Shown here: piece after piece, positions 41,460-52,600 of the stretch
How the letters are laid out: each line of letters starts with the position of its first letter
Numbering within the stretch: position 1 is the first letter of the stretch
NCBI GenBank assembly: GCA_963787255.1
Contig: CAWBCJ010000029.1
Coordinates: forward strand, 480,001-544,000
DNA length: 64,000 nt
Direction of reading: 5' to 3'
DNA from: Methanobacteriota archaeon
Lineage (GTDB): Archaea > Methanobacteriota > Methanobacteria > Methanobacteriales > Methanobacteriaceae
The notes under the pieces: model-generated
What the model saw: only the letters and a program-made list of their open reading frames with translations
Database searches by the model: none
What the model was told of the DNA's origin: nothing
Made by a program: the position numbers and the translations under genes

Positions 41460-42581
41460 ATGAGCAAAATAACCCGGATTTTAATGATAGAGGATAATTA
41501 TGGTGATGTCAGGATCATACAGGAAATGCTTAAAGATGTTAAAGGGTTTAAATTTGATTTTAAACACGTTGAAAGCTTTGAATCAGGATTAGATTGCCTT
41601 AAAAAGGATGAATTTGACGTATTATTACTTGATCTAAATTTACCAGACAGTTTTGGGATCGATACTTTCTTTAAAGCACAAAAAAGCATTCCAAATTTAC
41701 CTATTGTTATATTTAGTGGAGCAGCTGATGAAAAAGTCGCGATAGAGGCTGTACATGAGGGTGCTCAAGATTACCTTATGAAAGGAGAAGTTGAGGGAAA
41801 ATTATTGGCACGTTCTATATTTTATGCAATTGAACGTAAGCAGTCTGAAGAAGAACTGAAAAAACACAGGGATCATCTGGAAGAGCTGGTTGAAAAAAGG
41901 ACTCTTGGACTAAAGGAAGCAAATAAACAGCTTTTAAGAGAAATAAACGAGCGTAAACAGGCTGAAGAAGAAATTAGGGCATCTCTTGAGGAGAAAAAGA
42001 TATTGCTTGACGAGATCCAGGAGAGAATCCAGAATAGCCTACAGATAATTATTAAAATTATTGACGGAGAATATTTTCAAAATGGATATAAAAATCTTGA
42101 TGATTTCAATCAGGAGATTCAAAACAGGGCAAAAGCAGTTGAACTCATTAATGAAATGCTTTATCAATCAGAAGACTTCGCAATGATTGATTTTGCAGGT
42201 TATATAAGGAACTTAACCAATTATCTTTTTGATTTTTACGCTGTTAATTCTCGTTTAATTAATCTGGAAATGGATATTGAAGGAATACCTCTTGATATTG
42301 ATGTGGCAATCCCCTGTGGCTTAATTGTCAATGAACTGGTGATAAATTCCATTAAACATGCATTTGGGGAAAATGGTGGTAAAATATACATTGGATTACA
42401 TTCGGGTAATAAAAATACAATATTAACTGTTGCAGATAATGGAAAAGGCATTCCAAATAATTTTAAACTTAAAAACACCGATACTTCTGGATTTAGACTG
42501 GTAAATAAATTAGTACTTCAACTTAATGGGAGAATAGAGTTAAATAGGGATGATGGAACAGAATTTAAAATCATATTTTGA
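41460..42581 (+). CDS. Receiver + HisKA_2/HATPase hybrid protein with degenerate H-box
   Basis: IEDN..LLDLNLPD..AQDYLMK receiver; AIPCGLIVNELVINSIKHAF, DNGKGI; H-box reads EIQERIQNSLQ. Confidence 0.88.
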   Translation: MSKITRILMIEDNYGDVRIIQEMLKDVKGFKFDFKHVESFESGLDCLKKDEFDVLLLDLNLPDSFGIDTFFKAQKSIPNLPIVIFSGAADEKVAIEAVHEGAQDYLMKGEVEGKLLARSIFYAIERKQSEEELKKHRDHLEELVEKRTLGLKEANKQLLREINERKQAEEEIRASLEEKKILLDEIQERIQNSLQIIIKIIDGEYFQNGYKNLDDFNQEIQNRAKAVELINEMLYQSEDFAMIDFAGYIRNLTNYLFDFYAVNSRLINLEMDIEGIPLDIDVAIPCGLIVNELVINSIKHAFGENGGKIYIGLHSGNKNTILTVADNGKGIPNNFKLKNTDTSGFRLVNKLVLQLNGRIELNRDDGTEFKIIF

Positions 42582-42818
42582 TTTTTATCTAAATAATTCT
42601 GTTTTATTTTTTTCCGCTATTAAAATACTAATATTCTTATTTTTTTTAAAGTAAAATTGAGCTTAAACTTTGTGATTTAGCTATTTATGATAATTTTTAG
42701 GGAGATTTAAATTGTTTTAACATTTATTTTTCTTAAATTCAGTTTTAAATGAAAAAATATATTAATACTTTTTAATAAAAATATAAAACAAAGTAATACA
42801 TAAATGGAGGTGAAATTC

Positions 42819-43169
42819 ATGGCAGTAGTAATTAATTGGACTGCAATAATCGTTGGTGCTATTATAGCAATATTACTTGCATTTATTTTCGGATTATTCT
42901 CCCCTATCTATGGTCCAATGATAGCAGTAATAATTGCAGGTCTAGTAGTTGGATACATGGTTGGCAACGACATAATGAATGGAACTGTTCATGGCGCAAT
43001 AGCAGGCCTTTTAGGTGGAATAATAGCACTAATACTAGGATTGTTAATAGGTACTTCTTTTGGTTTAGCAGGAACTGTACTTGGTGCGGCCTTAATAATC
43101 GCATGGATAGTTGATATTATCTTAGGGGCAATCGGCGGCGCAATCGGCTCTTTGATAACTGGAAGATAA
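42819..43169 (+). CDS. DUF5518-like membrane protein
   Basis: INWTAIIVG..GYMV..NG..HGAIAGLLGG..GAIGGAIG; GGAGGTG RBS favours ATG 42819. Confidence 0.85.
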   Translation: MAVVINWTAIIVGAIIAILLAFIFGLFSPIYGPMIAVIIAGLVVGYMVGNDIMNGTVHGAIAGLLGGIIALILGLLIGTSFGLAGTVLGAALIIAWIVDIILGAIGGAIGSLITGR

Positions 43170-43286
43170 GATTTAATTACACTTTTTCTTATTTTATTTT
43201 TTAATAGTACTTATTTTAAATAATTAAATCAAAATCATTTTTTATATAGATATAAACCAGAGTAAACTATATTTAATTAGAAGTAA

Positions 43287-43652
43287 GTGAATATCATGAT
43301 TAACTGGAAGGCAGTACTCATTGGATTAATTATAACTATAATACTGGCACTGATCTTAAATCCATTAATAGGTGAAATTGGCTCTTACATCAGCATTATA
43401 GCTGCAGGAATAACTGTTGGATATTTTGTTGGCGGAAATTTAGCCAATGGGGCAATTCATGGAGCTTTAATCGGCATTATTGGTGGCATTGCAGCAATTA
43501 TTATTTTACTCCTTGTTGGTGGGCTTTTAGTAATAAAAGTAGAAATATTTAGCATATTAGTTAGGTCAGTTGCGGATATAGTTTTAGGTGCCATTGGGGG
43601 AGCTATAGGAGTCCTCATAAAAGGTCAAGCAGCAAAAGGAACAGTAGCTTAA
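43287..43652 (+). CDS. DUF5518-like membrane protein
   Basis: INWKAVLIG..GYFV..NGAIHGALIGIIGG..GAIGGAIG. Confidence 0.85.
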   Translation: MNIMINWKAVLIGLIITIILALILNPLIGEIGSYISIIAAGITVGYFVGGNLANGAIHGALIGIIGGIAAIIILLLVGGLLVIKVEIFSILVRSVADIVLGAIGGAIGVLIKGQAAKGTVA

Positions 43653-43886
43653 CATTAATCATAAATACTGATTTCAACAATAAAACTAAAATTTTTCTTT
43701 TTAATTATATTCTCATTTTTTTACAGTATTTAACCGATTTTAGCTGATAAATTGGTTTTATTTTAACCTGATTTTACCCTTTAAATTATTAAATACTCTA
43801 TTCATCCCGTTGATTTTTTATAACTGAATAAGTATTTTAGGGACAAAAAATATAATCATATTGACTCAAGATTGAGGTGAAAAAAA

Positions 43887-44297
43887 ATGACAGACTGGAT
43901 ATCTATTGCAATAGGTGCAATTGTAAATGCAGTACTAACCATTGTTCTGGCCCTTGTGTTCTTCCCACTGTTTTTTTTAGGGCCGATAATAGGTGGTTTT
44001 GTAACAGTATATTTAATTAGGGACGAATTTGAAAGTGGTATAATCCACGGAGCGTTAGCTGGAGTTTTAGGTGGCCTTATAATTGGAATTCTATCTCTCT
44101 TTGGAGTTGGAGTGATAGCAGCCATAGTTGGTCTCTTACTGGCGGAATTAGGAATTGTACTGGGAGCCATAGGTGCATTTCTGGTAATATTCTTAACAAT
44201 CTTTGCAATGCTGATATGTGGTGTTCTTTCAGCTATCGGTGGAGCTATAGGAGAATATGTACAATCTGCAGGTAAAAGACAGTACGAAGATTACTAA
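43887..44297 (+). CDS. DUF5518-like membrane protein
   Basis: DWISIAIG..GPIIGG..GIIHGALAGVLGG..AIGGAIG; GAGGTG RBS. Confidence 0.85.
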   Translation: MTDWISIAIGAIVNAVLTIVLALVFFPLFFLGPIIGGFVTVYLIRDEFESGIIHGALAGVLGGLIIGILSLFGVGVIAAIVGLLLAELGIVLGAIGAFLVIFLTIFAMLICGVLSAIGGAIGEYVQSAGKRQYEDY

Positions 44298-44416
44298 AAA
44301 TTAATGTAAGATTTTATTCTTTTTTTTATTTTAAAAACAGGTGGAATAATTTCTTTTTATAATTAATCTGAAAAAAAATTGAAAAAATAGTTTATTCATG
44401 ATTTAGATTATTTTTT

Positions 44417-44824
44417 TTACAGTAGCTTAATAACTTCATTATCTGCATCAACTTCAATAATATCTCCATTCTTTAAAATATCCAATATAGGTGCTTCAGG
44501 ATGATGTACCATGGGTATACAAGCCATTATAGCACCTGTAGCAATAATAGGTTCGGCTTCAATCGATATAATTGCCTTAGGGGCAGTTTTACTTTTTGCC
44601 ATCTGAAATATAACATAGGAACCAACAGTAGATCCTTTACCCGAAGGAATTACCAGAATTTTATCACTTATTTTTTCACCGTATAGTTCATGCCCCTGAT
44701 CAATTACAACGCCAGTATGTGGATCTACTCCCCCAAGGAAGCTTAATGGATCCTTTGTAATTAATACTTCACCTTTGGCATGTCCTTTAGAGATTTTTCT
44801 GCATTTTATGGTTTCAGATTGCAT
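44417..44824 (-). CDS. DUF126 / aconitase X swivel domain (phosphomevalonate dehydratase small subunit-like)
   Basis: [31 protein letters not shown]. Confidence 0.9.
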   Translation of the reverse strand: MQSETIKCRKISKGHAKGEVLITKDPLSFLGGVDPHTGVVIDQGHELYGEKISDKILVIPSGKGSTVGSYVIFQMAKSKTAPKAIISIEAEPIIATGAIMACIPMVHHPEAPILDILKNGDIIEVDADNEVIKLL

Positions 44825-45001
44825 AAAATCACACTTTTATTTTGATAAAAAATTTTTATAATTAATCTGTAATACTTCAATTATTCTTTTAAATATATAA
44901 AATATCCAGTTAAATCAAAATGAATTTCAAAAAAAATTTAATTAAAGACACTAAAATTAATTAAAAAAATAAAAAACCTATTTTAGGCTTAAAAATCGAA
45001 T

Positions 45002-45898
45002 TTATTCGAGCTTGAGTTTTATAGCTCCCAATTTCGGCACTAAGAAATTATATACTACTGCCGCTATCGCTGTAATAATAAATCCCTCTAGGAAGGAGCC
45101 AATAACGTTTCCTACAAGCTGTCCAAGACCAAAAACTATATTTCCTGTTGCTATACTGCCTATTAATGATATAATTCCTTGAATTAGCCCTAATACTGTG
45201 AGAACTACTGCTACTGCAAGTGCAGCAGGCACTGCAGGCACTGATGTTAAATCAAACCATGCTCCATTTACTACATTGAAATTTAACTGGATTTTGGCCA
45301 CTCTGGTTGCAATGTAATTATATAATATTGCATATAAAGCATAGGAAATAAACACGACTATAAATGCTAAAATAGGCAGTCCTATAATCAGAATCAATGC
45401 TCCAATGAGTCCTAATGCACCTAAACTTCCAACTGGTAAGGCTGTTCCTAATGATGCTCCTGAAGCGTTTATAGCTCCTACTATGAGCGGTATAACTGAT
45501 GCTAGCATCAAACCTATAACAAAAGCCCATATAGCTGCAATAATGGACAATATAAGCGCTACGGACACAACAGGTATAAATTCTAAATTATTTTCATCCA
45601 TGGCAAGTTTAACACCGCCTATACGAGGGACCAGGTAGTTATATAGGAGAACGCTGATAAATCCGGTCATAACACTTAGTAAAAATGCTCCTATTGGATA
45701 AATGATTATTGCTGCTATTCCTAAACCTGTGAAGATAGCGGATAACTGTGCAAACTGTGATGGAAGGATTAATGTTGCAATCCCTAACACTAAAAGCAGT
45801 ATTATTGCCCCTATAAAAGCTAAAACTGCAGATACTGAAGATGTTAACAATGTAAATGGGACTATTTTAATATCCTTAATCTCTTTTAATTCAGCCAC
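45002..45898 (-). CDS. Membrane protein with three internal DUF3566-like repeats, paralogue A
   Basis: GGAGGTG RBS then GTG 45898; units end YNYLVPRIGGVKL / YNYIATRVAKIQL / YNFLVPKLGAIKL. Confidence 0.8.
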   Translation of the reverse strand: MAELKEIKDIKIVPFTLLTSSVSAVLAFIGAIILLLVLGIATLILPSQFAQLSAIFTGLGIAAIIIYPIGAFLLSVMTGFISVLLYNYLVPRIGGVKLAMDENNLEFIPVVSVALILSIIAAIWAFVIGLMLASVIPLIVGAINASGASLGTALPVGSLGALGLIGALILIIGLPILAFIVVFISYALYAILYNYIATRVAKIQLNFNVVNGAWFDLTSVPAVPAALAVAVVLTVLGLIQGIISLIGSIATGNIVFGLGQLVGNVIGSFLEGFIITAIAAVVYNFLVPKLGAIKLKLE

Positions 45899-46080
45899 TT
45901 TTTCACCTCCCGCGTATTTTTCATGCATTTTAAGTTTTGGATTCATTTAATATATTATTCATGATGAAACCTAATAATTAAATTATTCAATAAATTAAAA
46001 TTTAATTAAAATAGTATTTAGTCTAAAAATGCTTAATATTTACTAAAAAATAAAATAAAAACCCTTGAGGGTTTAAAAAT

Positions 46081-46956
46081 TTATTCAAGTGCTAATTTTA
46101 CTGCTCCAATTCTCGGTGCTAAGAAGTTGTAAAGCCATGTTCCTATTGCAACTAATATGAAATAAATTATGAAACTGCCTACAATATTTCCTATTAGTCC
46201 ACCGATTCCACCAGTTCCGAAGTTTAGAATACCCTGGATTAATCCAAATATTGCCATGATTATAGCTAATGCAAGGGCCGCTGGTATAATTGGTATCGAT
46301 GTTAGGTCATTCCATGTTCCTGTAACTGCTGTGAAGTTTAGCTGGATTTTAGCTGCTCTTACAGCTATGTAATTGTAGAATATTGCAAATAATGCGTTGT
46401 AAATGAATCCGAATATGAACGCTAATATTGGTAGTCCAATGATCAGGAACAAATATAAAAATGCAGTTCCCGCTCCAAACATTGAGCCGTTAATAGTACT
46501 ATTTGTTGCATTGCCGATTAAAGGTAGTGCTGTACCGATTAGTCCTGTTATTGGTGCGATAGCTGTTGCTAATACTAATCCAATTATAAATGCCCATATT
46601 GCTCCAATGATTGATAGAATAAGTGCAAATGGTACAATAGGTATTTCTACAACATTATTTCCGTCCATAGCTAATTTTACACCACCAACTCTAGGAACTA
46701 ATAGGTTATAAAGCAGTACACTAAGGAATACTACAGAAAGGCCTACCAAGAATGTTAATATTGGATATGCAATTACTAAAGCCACGCCTAATCCTGCTAA
46801 TAAACCGCCAAGTGGTGCTGGAAGAAATGCTACTGCAATTCCAAGGAAAATAGCAGTTATTAATCCGATAATAAAAGTCAAGATTGCTGAAATTGAAGAT
46901 GACATCAATGTGAAAGGAACTATTTTTGCTGATTTTATCTCTACTACGTTTGCCAT
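46081..46956 (-). CDS. Membrane protein with three internal DUF3566-like repeats, paralogue B
   Basis: GGAGGTG RBS; units end YNLLVPRVGGVKL / YNYIAVRAAKIQL / YNFLAPRIGAVKL. Confidence 0.82.
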   Translation of the reverse strand: MANVVEIKSAKIVPFTLMSSSISAILTFIIGLITAIFLGIAVAFLPAPLGGLLAGLGVALVIAYPILTFLVGLSVVFLSVLLYNLLVPRVGGVKLAMDGNNVVEIPIVPFALILSIIGAIWAFIIGLVLATAIAPITGLIGTALPLIGNATNSTINGSMFGAGTAFLYLFLIIGLPILAFIFGFIYNALFAIFYNYIAVRAAKIQLNFTAVTGTWNDLTSIPIIPAALALAIIMAIFGLIQGILNFGTGGIGGLIGNIVGSFIIYFILVAIGTWLYNFLAPRIGAVKLALE

Positions 46957-47164
46957 TTTTTCACCTCCGTTTATAATTTATAATACGTAATACTATTTCT
47001 ATTTTTAGACATATAACTTTTTCTTATTGAATCGGAGTTTAAACATAATAATTAATTAATGCTATGAGTAGAGACTAGGTTAATAAGAAAATGAAATTTA
47101 AAAAATTAAATTAATTAAAAAAAATAGTTATTTATTTATTTAAACTTAAAAAGAAATAAATGAG

Positions 47165-48514
47165 TTAAAACCACTCTTTTGAAGCTCGAAGGACGTTATT
47201 TACTATTTGAACTGAAGATCCGATATATGTATGGGGATTCATAATTTCCATGATTTCATCTTCAGATAAGTATTCTCTAATTTCATTTCTTGATAAAACA
47301 ACGTCTAGAAGACCAATATTTTTCCGATTAGCCTCAATTGAGCATGTTCTAACAATTGCATATGCAGTTTGTCTTCCCATTCCTTTACGTGTAAGCTCGG
47401 CCATGAACCTTTCTGCCATTATAAGCCCATTTGTGATGTTTAAATCCTTTTCAATATTTTCGGGATAGAAAACCAGATTATTAAGCACTTTTAAAGTAAG
47501 GGTTATGATGTAATCAGTCAAGATACAGGTTTCAGGGAGAATAATCCGCTCACATGAGGAATTAGTAAGGTCTCTTTCATGCCACAGGGGATTGTTTTCA
47601 AGTGCAGGGACAACATAAGCACGTATGACCCTTGAAATACCGCTGATTCTTTCAGCAGTGATAGGATTCATTTTATGGGGCATTGTACTGCTTCCAACCT
47701 GTTTTTCAACGTCAAAACTTTCACCAATCTCTTTAATTTCGGTTCTCTGCAAGTTCCTGATTTCTATGGCAATCTTATCCAGCGTACTGGCAGTATTTGC
47801 AAGATCCATTACAAATTCTGCATGATTGTCTCTCTGCAAAACCTGATTGGATATCAGGACAGGTTTAAGGCCTAAAATTTCAGAAGTTCTCTTATGAACT
47901 TCTAACCCTTCTTCTCCAAGAGCTGCAATTGTCCCCACTGCGCCGGTAATCATTCCAACACATAACCTTTCTTCGCACTGATCAAGCCTTTCAATTTGCC
48001 TGTGAACTTCATCAGCCCATAAAGCAAACTTCATTCCATAAGTGGTTGGAAGTGCATGCTGTCCGTGGGTTCTTCCAATACAAACAGTGTTTATATGTTC
48101 TTCTGCGAGTTTTAAAAGTATTTTTGCCAGTTCTGTAAGTCTTCCTCTTAAAATGTTAATAGAATCTTTAAAAAGCAGAGATTGGGATGTATCAATAATA
48201 TCATTGGAAGTAGCCCCAAAATGGACATATTCTCCTGCATCGTTTTCACAAACTTCTGCAAGAGCCTTTACAATTGAAGCAATGTCATGATTGGTTTGTC
48301 TTTCAATTTCGGCCACTCTTTCAACTGTAACATATTTTGTGCTTGCCTTGCTGCTTATTTCTTCTGCAGCTTCTTTTGGAATTAGATCCACAGATGCTTC
48401 TGCTTTTGCAAGGGCAGCTTCAACTTCAAGCATTTTTTGAAGTTTGTTTTCAGATTCCCAAACATTACGCATCTCTTCTGTACCGTACCTGAATTCAATT
48501 GGGTGAATTGCCAT
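47165..48514 (-). CDS. purB: Adenylosuccinate lyase
   Basis: HFGATSND, GRTHGQHA, GSSTMPHKMNP, WHERDLTNS. Confidence 0.97.
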   Translation of the reverse strand: MAIHPIEFRYGTEEMRNVWESENKLQKMLEVEAALAKAEASVDLIPKEAAEEISSKASTKYVTVERVAEIERQTNHDIASIVKALAEVCENDAGEYVHFGATSNDIIDTSQSLLFKDSINILRGRLTELAKILLKLAEEHINTVCIGRTHGQHALPTTYGMKFALWADEVHRQIERLDQCEERLCVGMITGAVGTIAALGEEGLEVHKRTSEILGLKPVLISNQVLQRDNHAEFVMDLANTASTLDKIAIEIRNLQRTEIKEIGESFDVEKQVGSSTMPHKMNPITAERISGISRVIRAYVVPALENNPLWHERDLTNSSCERIILPETCILTDYIITLTLKVLNNLVFYPENIEKDLNITNGLIMAERFMAELTRKGMGRQTAYAIVRTCSIEANRKNIGLLDVVLSRNEIREYLSEDEIMEIMNPHTYIGSSVQIVNNVLRASKEWF

Positions 48515-48694
48515 GTTAATCTCCTTATCTTTAAAAAAGTTCGTTCACGTCTGTGTAAATTATTATATTTGAGTTTAAATTTATGTAATTGATTATAAAT
48601 TCAACAATTTATGGTTAAATTAACCATAGCTTCGCTTTAACATTATCTATATTTTTTAAATATTTTAGTAAGAAAAGAAAAAGTTTATCAGCGC

Positions 48695-48853
48695 TTATTG
48701 GGTAAAGCGCAGGGCTATACAAATCACTGCAAGAATTACAGTCATTATTACCACCTGTTCAGGTGATAATTTAGGTCCTCTTGTTTCTTCTTCAAAATAC
48801 CTTACAAGACCTGCTCCACTTGGTGGAAGGGATTTTTTATCTTTTTTTGCCAT
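48695..48853 (-). CDS. secG: Preprotein translocase subunit Sec61beta (52 aa; not in ORF track)
   Basis: Hand translation MAKKDKKSLPPSGAGLVRYFEEETRGPKLSPEQVVIMTVILAVICIALRFTQ. Confidence 0.93.
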   Translation of the reverse strand: MAKKDKKSLPPSGAGLVRYFEEETRGPKLSPEQVVIMTVILAVICIALRFTQ

Positions 48854-49027
48854 CATTAATCACCATTAATTAGTTAATTTTATAAAATTAATTTCAATTC
48901 TATCTGGATTAAATATATTGTTTTAGTTTAATTTAAATGTTATATTTAATATTTTATTTTTTAAAATCAATGAGAATTCCACTTTATTAAAATAAAAGAA
49001 AAAAAAATTATCATTTTAATCTAGCAT

Positions 49028-49315
49028 TTATGTTAATCCTGAAGACAGGTATTTACAAGTTGATGTTATCATGTTATACTCTTTACTAGTCCAGTGGGCA
49101 ATAATTCCTTGCTCTTATCCTACTTCCAGTGTTATGGTGTTTATTCCGTAGTTGTGTTCCTGTATTCGAATCATTCCTGGCTTCCATTCCTGGACTATTG
49201 TCGATTCATGTTTTTATTTTTCAAGTATTTCATTTGATAAGTCCGTTCTGGCGATGTTATTGTGTATTTTTCCATTATGGGCAACATCTGCATTTTGAGC
49301 ACTAATATTCCTTAA
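49028..49315 (-). pseudogene. Probable decayed coding remnant, family uncertain
   Basis: GC-richer, purine-biased stretch with short open frames (e.g. QEWKPGMIRIQEHNYGINTITLEVG*) broken by stops. Confidence 0.3.
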
Positions 49316-49697
49316 ACAACCTTTATTATTAATTACAGTCCTAATTAATGGAGTATAGCTTAAGTCTCAATTAGTGGCTTAAATAAATATTTGGAGTATA
49401 AATTGCTACTATTTGAATTATAAAATCATATTATGCATTTAAATCATTATTAGATTAGTTTAATGCTTTTAATATGATGTATAACGATCTCTCTTTATAA
49501 GTAGTTTTACACAATTTAGGAATACATAAATGCCCCATCGTAAAGTTTATTATCTGTACCTGCCCATATTAAGAATCAGGATCGGATATTTGCTTTTTAA
49601 TGTTTAACGAACTTGATCATCAACATTTAAATACTAATGCAAAATAATGCGAATAATTTTCATTTAGAATAGGTTTTTAGCAGGATAAGGGAATAAT

Positions 49698-52600
49698 ATG
49701 GGGTATTTCGAAACTTTAGAAGAGGAAACAGAAAAAGTATATACTGCAGCCAGAAAAGCAAGGCTTAAAGGGTATGATATTGAGTTAGAGCCAGAAATAC
49801 CACTTGCAAAGGATTTAGCAGAGAGAGTAGAAGGATTGGTCGGACCTAAGGATGTTGCAAAAAGAATAAAAGAACTTGAAGACGAATATTCAAGAGAAGA
49901 AGTTGCATTTCAAATTGCAAGAGAAATTGTAACTACTCCAGACATAGAAGGTGAAAAAGACAGCATCGAAGTTAGAGAAGACAAATCTGACCAAGCTTTA
50001 AGGACAGCACTGGCGATTTTAACTGAAGGAGTGGTTGCAGCACCTCTTGAAGGAATTGCAAAGGTTAAAATTAAACAGAACTTCGATAAAAGCTGGTATT
50101 TTGCAGTTTACTTTGCAGGCCCTATAAGAAGTGCAGGGGGAACTGCAGCAGCTCTGGCAGTATTAATTGGAGATTATATAAGGCTTTCCATTGATCTTGA
50201 GGTTTACAAGCCCACAGAAAGGGAAATTGAAAGATATGTAGAGGAAGTGGAGCTCTATGAATCAGAGGTAACTAACCTTCAATATTCACCAACACCTGAA
50301 GAAGTAAGACTTGCTGTAAAAAGCATTCCTGTAGAAGTAACAGGAGAGCCTACAGATAAAATAGAAGTTTCACATCGTGATCTAGAGCGTGTTGAAACCA
50401 ATAATATCCGGGGAGGAGCTCTTCTTGCTATAGCTGAAGGAATTATACAGAAAGCTCCAAAAGTCTTAAAATATGCTAATAAACTAAAAATAGGCGGATG
50501 GGAATGGCTTGAAGAGTTTTCAAAGGGTAGCAGTAGTTCAGATGATGATGAAGGAGATAAGGCCAAAGTAGATGATAAATACATGCGAGATATCATCGGT
50601 GGAAGGCCAGTTTTATCCTATCCTCAAGCAAAAGGAGGATTCAGGTTAAGGTATGGAAGATCAAGAAATTCAGGACTTGCTGCAATGGGAATAAGTCCTC
50701 TAACTATGGAAATCGTGGAGTTCCTGGCTGTGGGCACCCAGATGAAAATTGAAAGGCCCGGTAAGGGCATGTGCGTTGTTCCATGTGACAGTATAGAAGG
50801 TCCCATTGTTAAATTAAGGAATGGAAGTATTATTAAAGTTGAATCAATAGATCAGGCTAAACGAATTAGAAAAGATGTAATTGAAATCTTGTTTTTAGGA
50901 GATATACTGGTAGCATTTGGGGAGTTTTTAAGAAATAACCAATTTTTACTGCCATCAGCTTGGTGTGAGGAATGGTGGCAAAAGAAAATAGAAAACTCCG
51001 AAGAATATATTAAAGACGAAAATATTCTTGATTTTGGCTCACTTAAAGAGTTAGGTGCAAAGGAAGCATTTAAAATCTCAAATAAGTATAATGTTCCTTT
51101 ACATCCGGATTACACTTATTTCTATCATGATGTTTCGATTGAAGATTTAAACGAGCTTAGAAGGTGGATTCATAAGTATTATGATGATGTAGATGGGGAT
51201 AAGGATTTAGTATTAGATATGGCACCTCCAAAAAGGATTTTAGAAATTTTGGGAGTTCCTCATGAAGTAAAAGATGGTAAAAGTGTAATTAAAGTTGATC
51301 ATGTTTTTACACTCATTAATACGCTTGCAGGGCCTCTTGATGCTTCAAATGACCACACCACTTTAAAAGCATTAAATGAAATTTCTCCAGTGCAAATAAT
51401 GGCAAAAGCACCCACCTATATCGGTGCAAGAGTTGGAAGACCTGAAAAAACAAAAGAAAGAAAAATGAAACCAGCACCTCATGCTTTGTTCCCTATAGGT
51501 ACAAATGGTGGAAATCGGCGTAATATCGTTGACGCTGCTAAAAAAGGGAATATTTACGTTGAAATTTCGAGATGTAAATGTACTGAATGCGGAATAGCAT
51601 CATTCCAGGCTAAATGCCCTATTTGCGGGGGAAGAGCAGTTCCAACCGGTGCGGGAAAGAAAAAAATTAATCTGGCTACTTTATTAAAAAAATCCTTTGA
51701 AAATGTGGGTATTCGTAAACTGGATGAAATAAAAGGGGTTATTGGGATGATATCCGAGGAAAAATTCCCCGAACCCCTTGAAAAAGGAATATTAAGGTCC
51801 AAAAATGATGTTTTTGCCTTTAAAGATGCTACAATAAGACATGATTCTACTGATCTGCCTATTACCCATTTTATACCTCGTGAAATTGGAGTAAGTCCCC
51901 TAAAATTAGTTGAGATGGGATATACTCAAGATATCAATGGTGAAAAAATCGAAAATGATACTCAGATCATTGAAATTAAAATTCAGGACATAGTAATCTC
52001 AGAAAACTGTGCAGAATATCTAATACGTGTTTCCAAATTTATAGATGATCTTCTTGAAAATTTCTATCATGAAGAGAAATTTTACAATATAAAAGAGAAA
52101 GAAGACATTGTAGGTCATTTAGTAGTAGGATTAGCCCCTCACACATCTGCAGGGGTTTTAGGAAGAATTGTTGGATTTACAAGTGCTTCTGCATGTTACG
52201 CGCATCCATATTTCCATTCTGCCAAAAGAAGGAACTGTGACAGTGATGAGGATTCGGTTATGTTGCTTTTAGACTCTCTTTTGAATTTTTCAAAAATATA
52301 TCTTCCAAGTTCAAGAGGGGGAAGAATGGATGCACCTTTGGTTTTGTCTTCACGGATAGATCCAGAGGAAATTGATGATGAATCACATAATATTGACACC
52401 ATGACAACACTTCCACTTGAATTTTACGAAAAAACTCTTGAATTCGCTAAACCCTCTGAGGTTCTTGACATGATAGACAACGTTAAGAAGAGATTAGGTA
52501 CAGAAGACCAATATCAAGGACTTATGTTTTCTCATGAAACTTCAAGTATCCATTCTGGGCCGAAACTGTGCCTTTACAAGATGCTTCCTACGATGAGGGA

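Noticed and set aside
49330-49697. Replication origin or structured leader upstream of polC
   Set aside because: No repeated ORB-like motif or cdc6 seen; pairings are short and AT-rich
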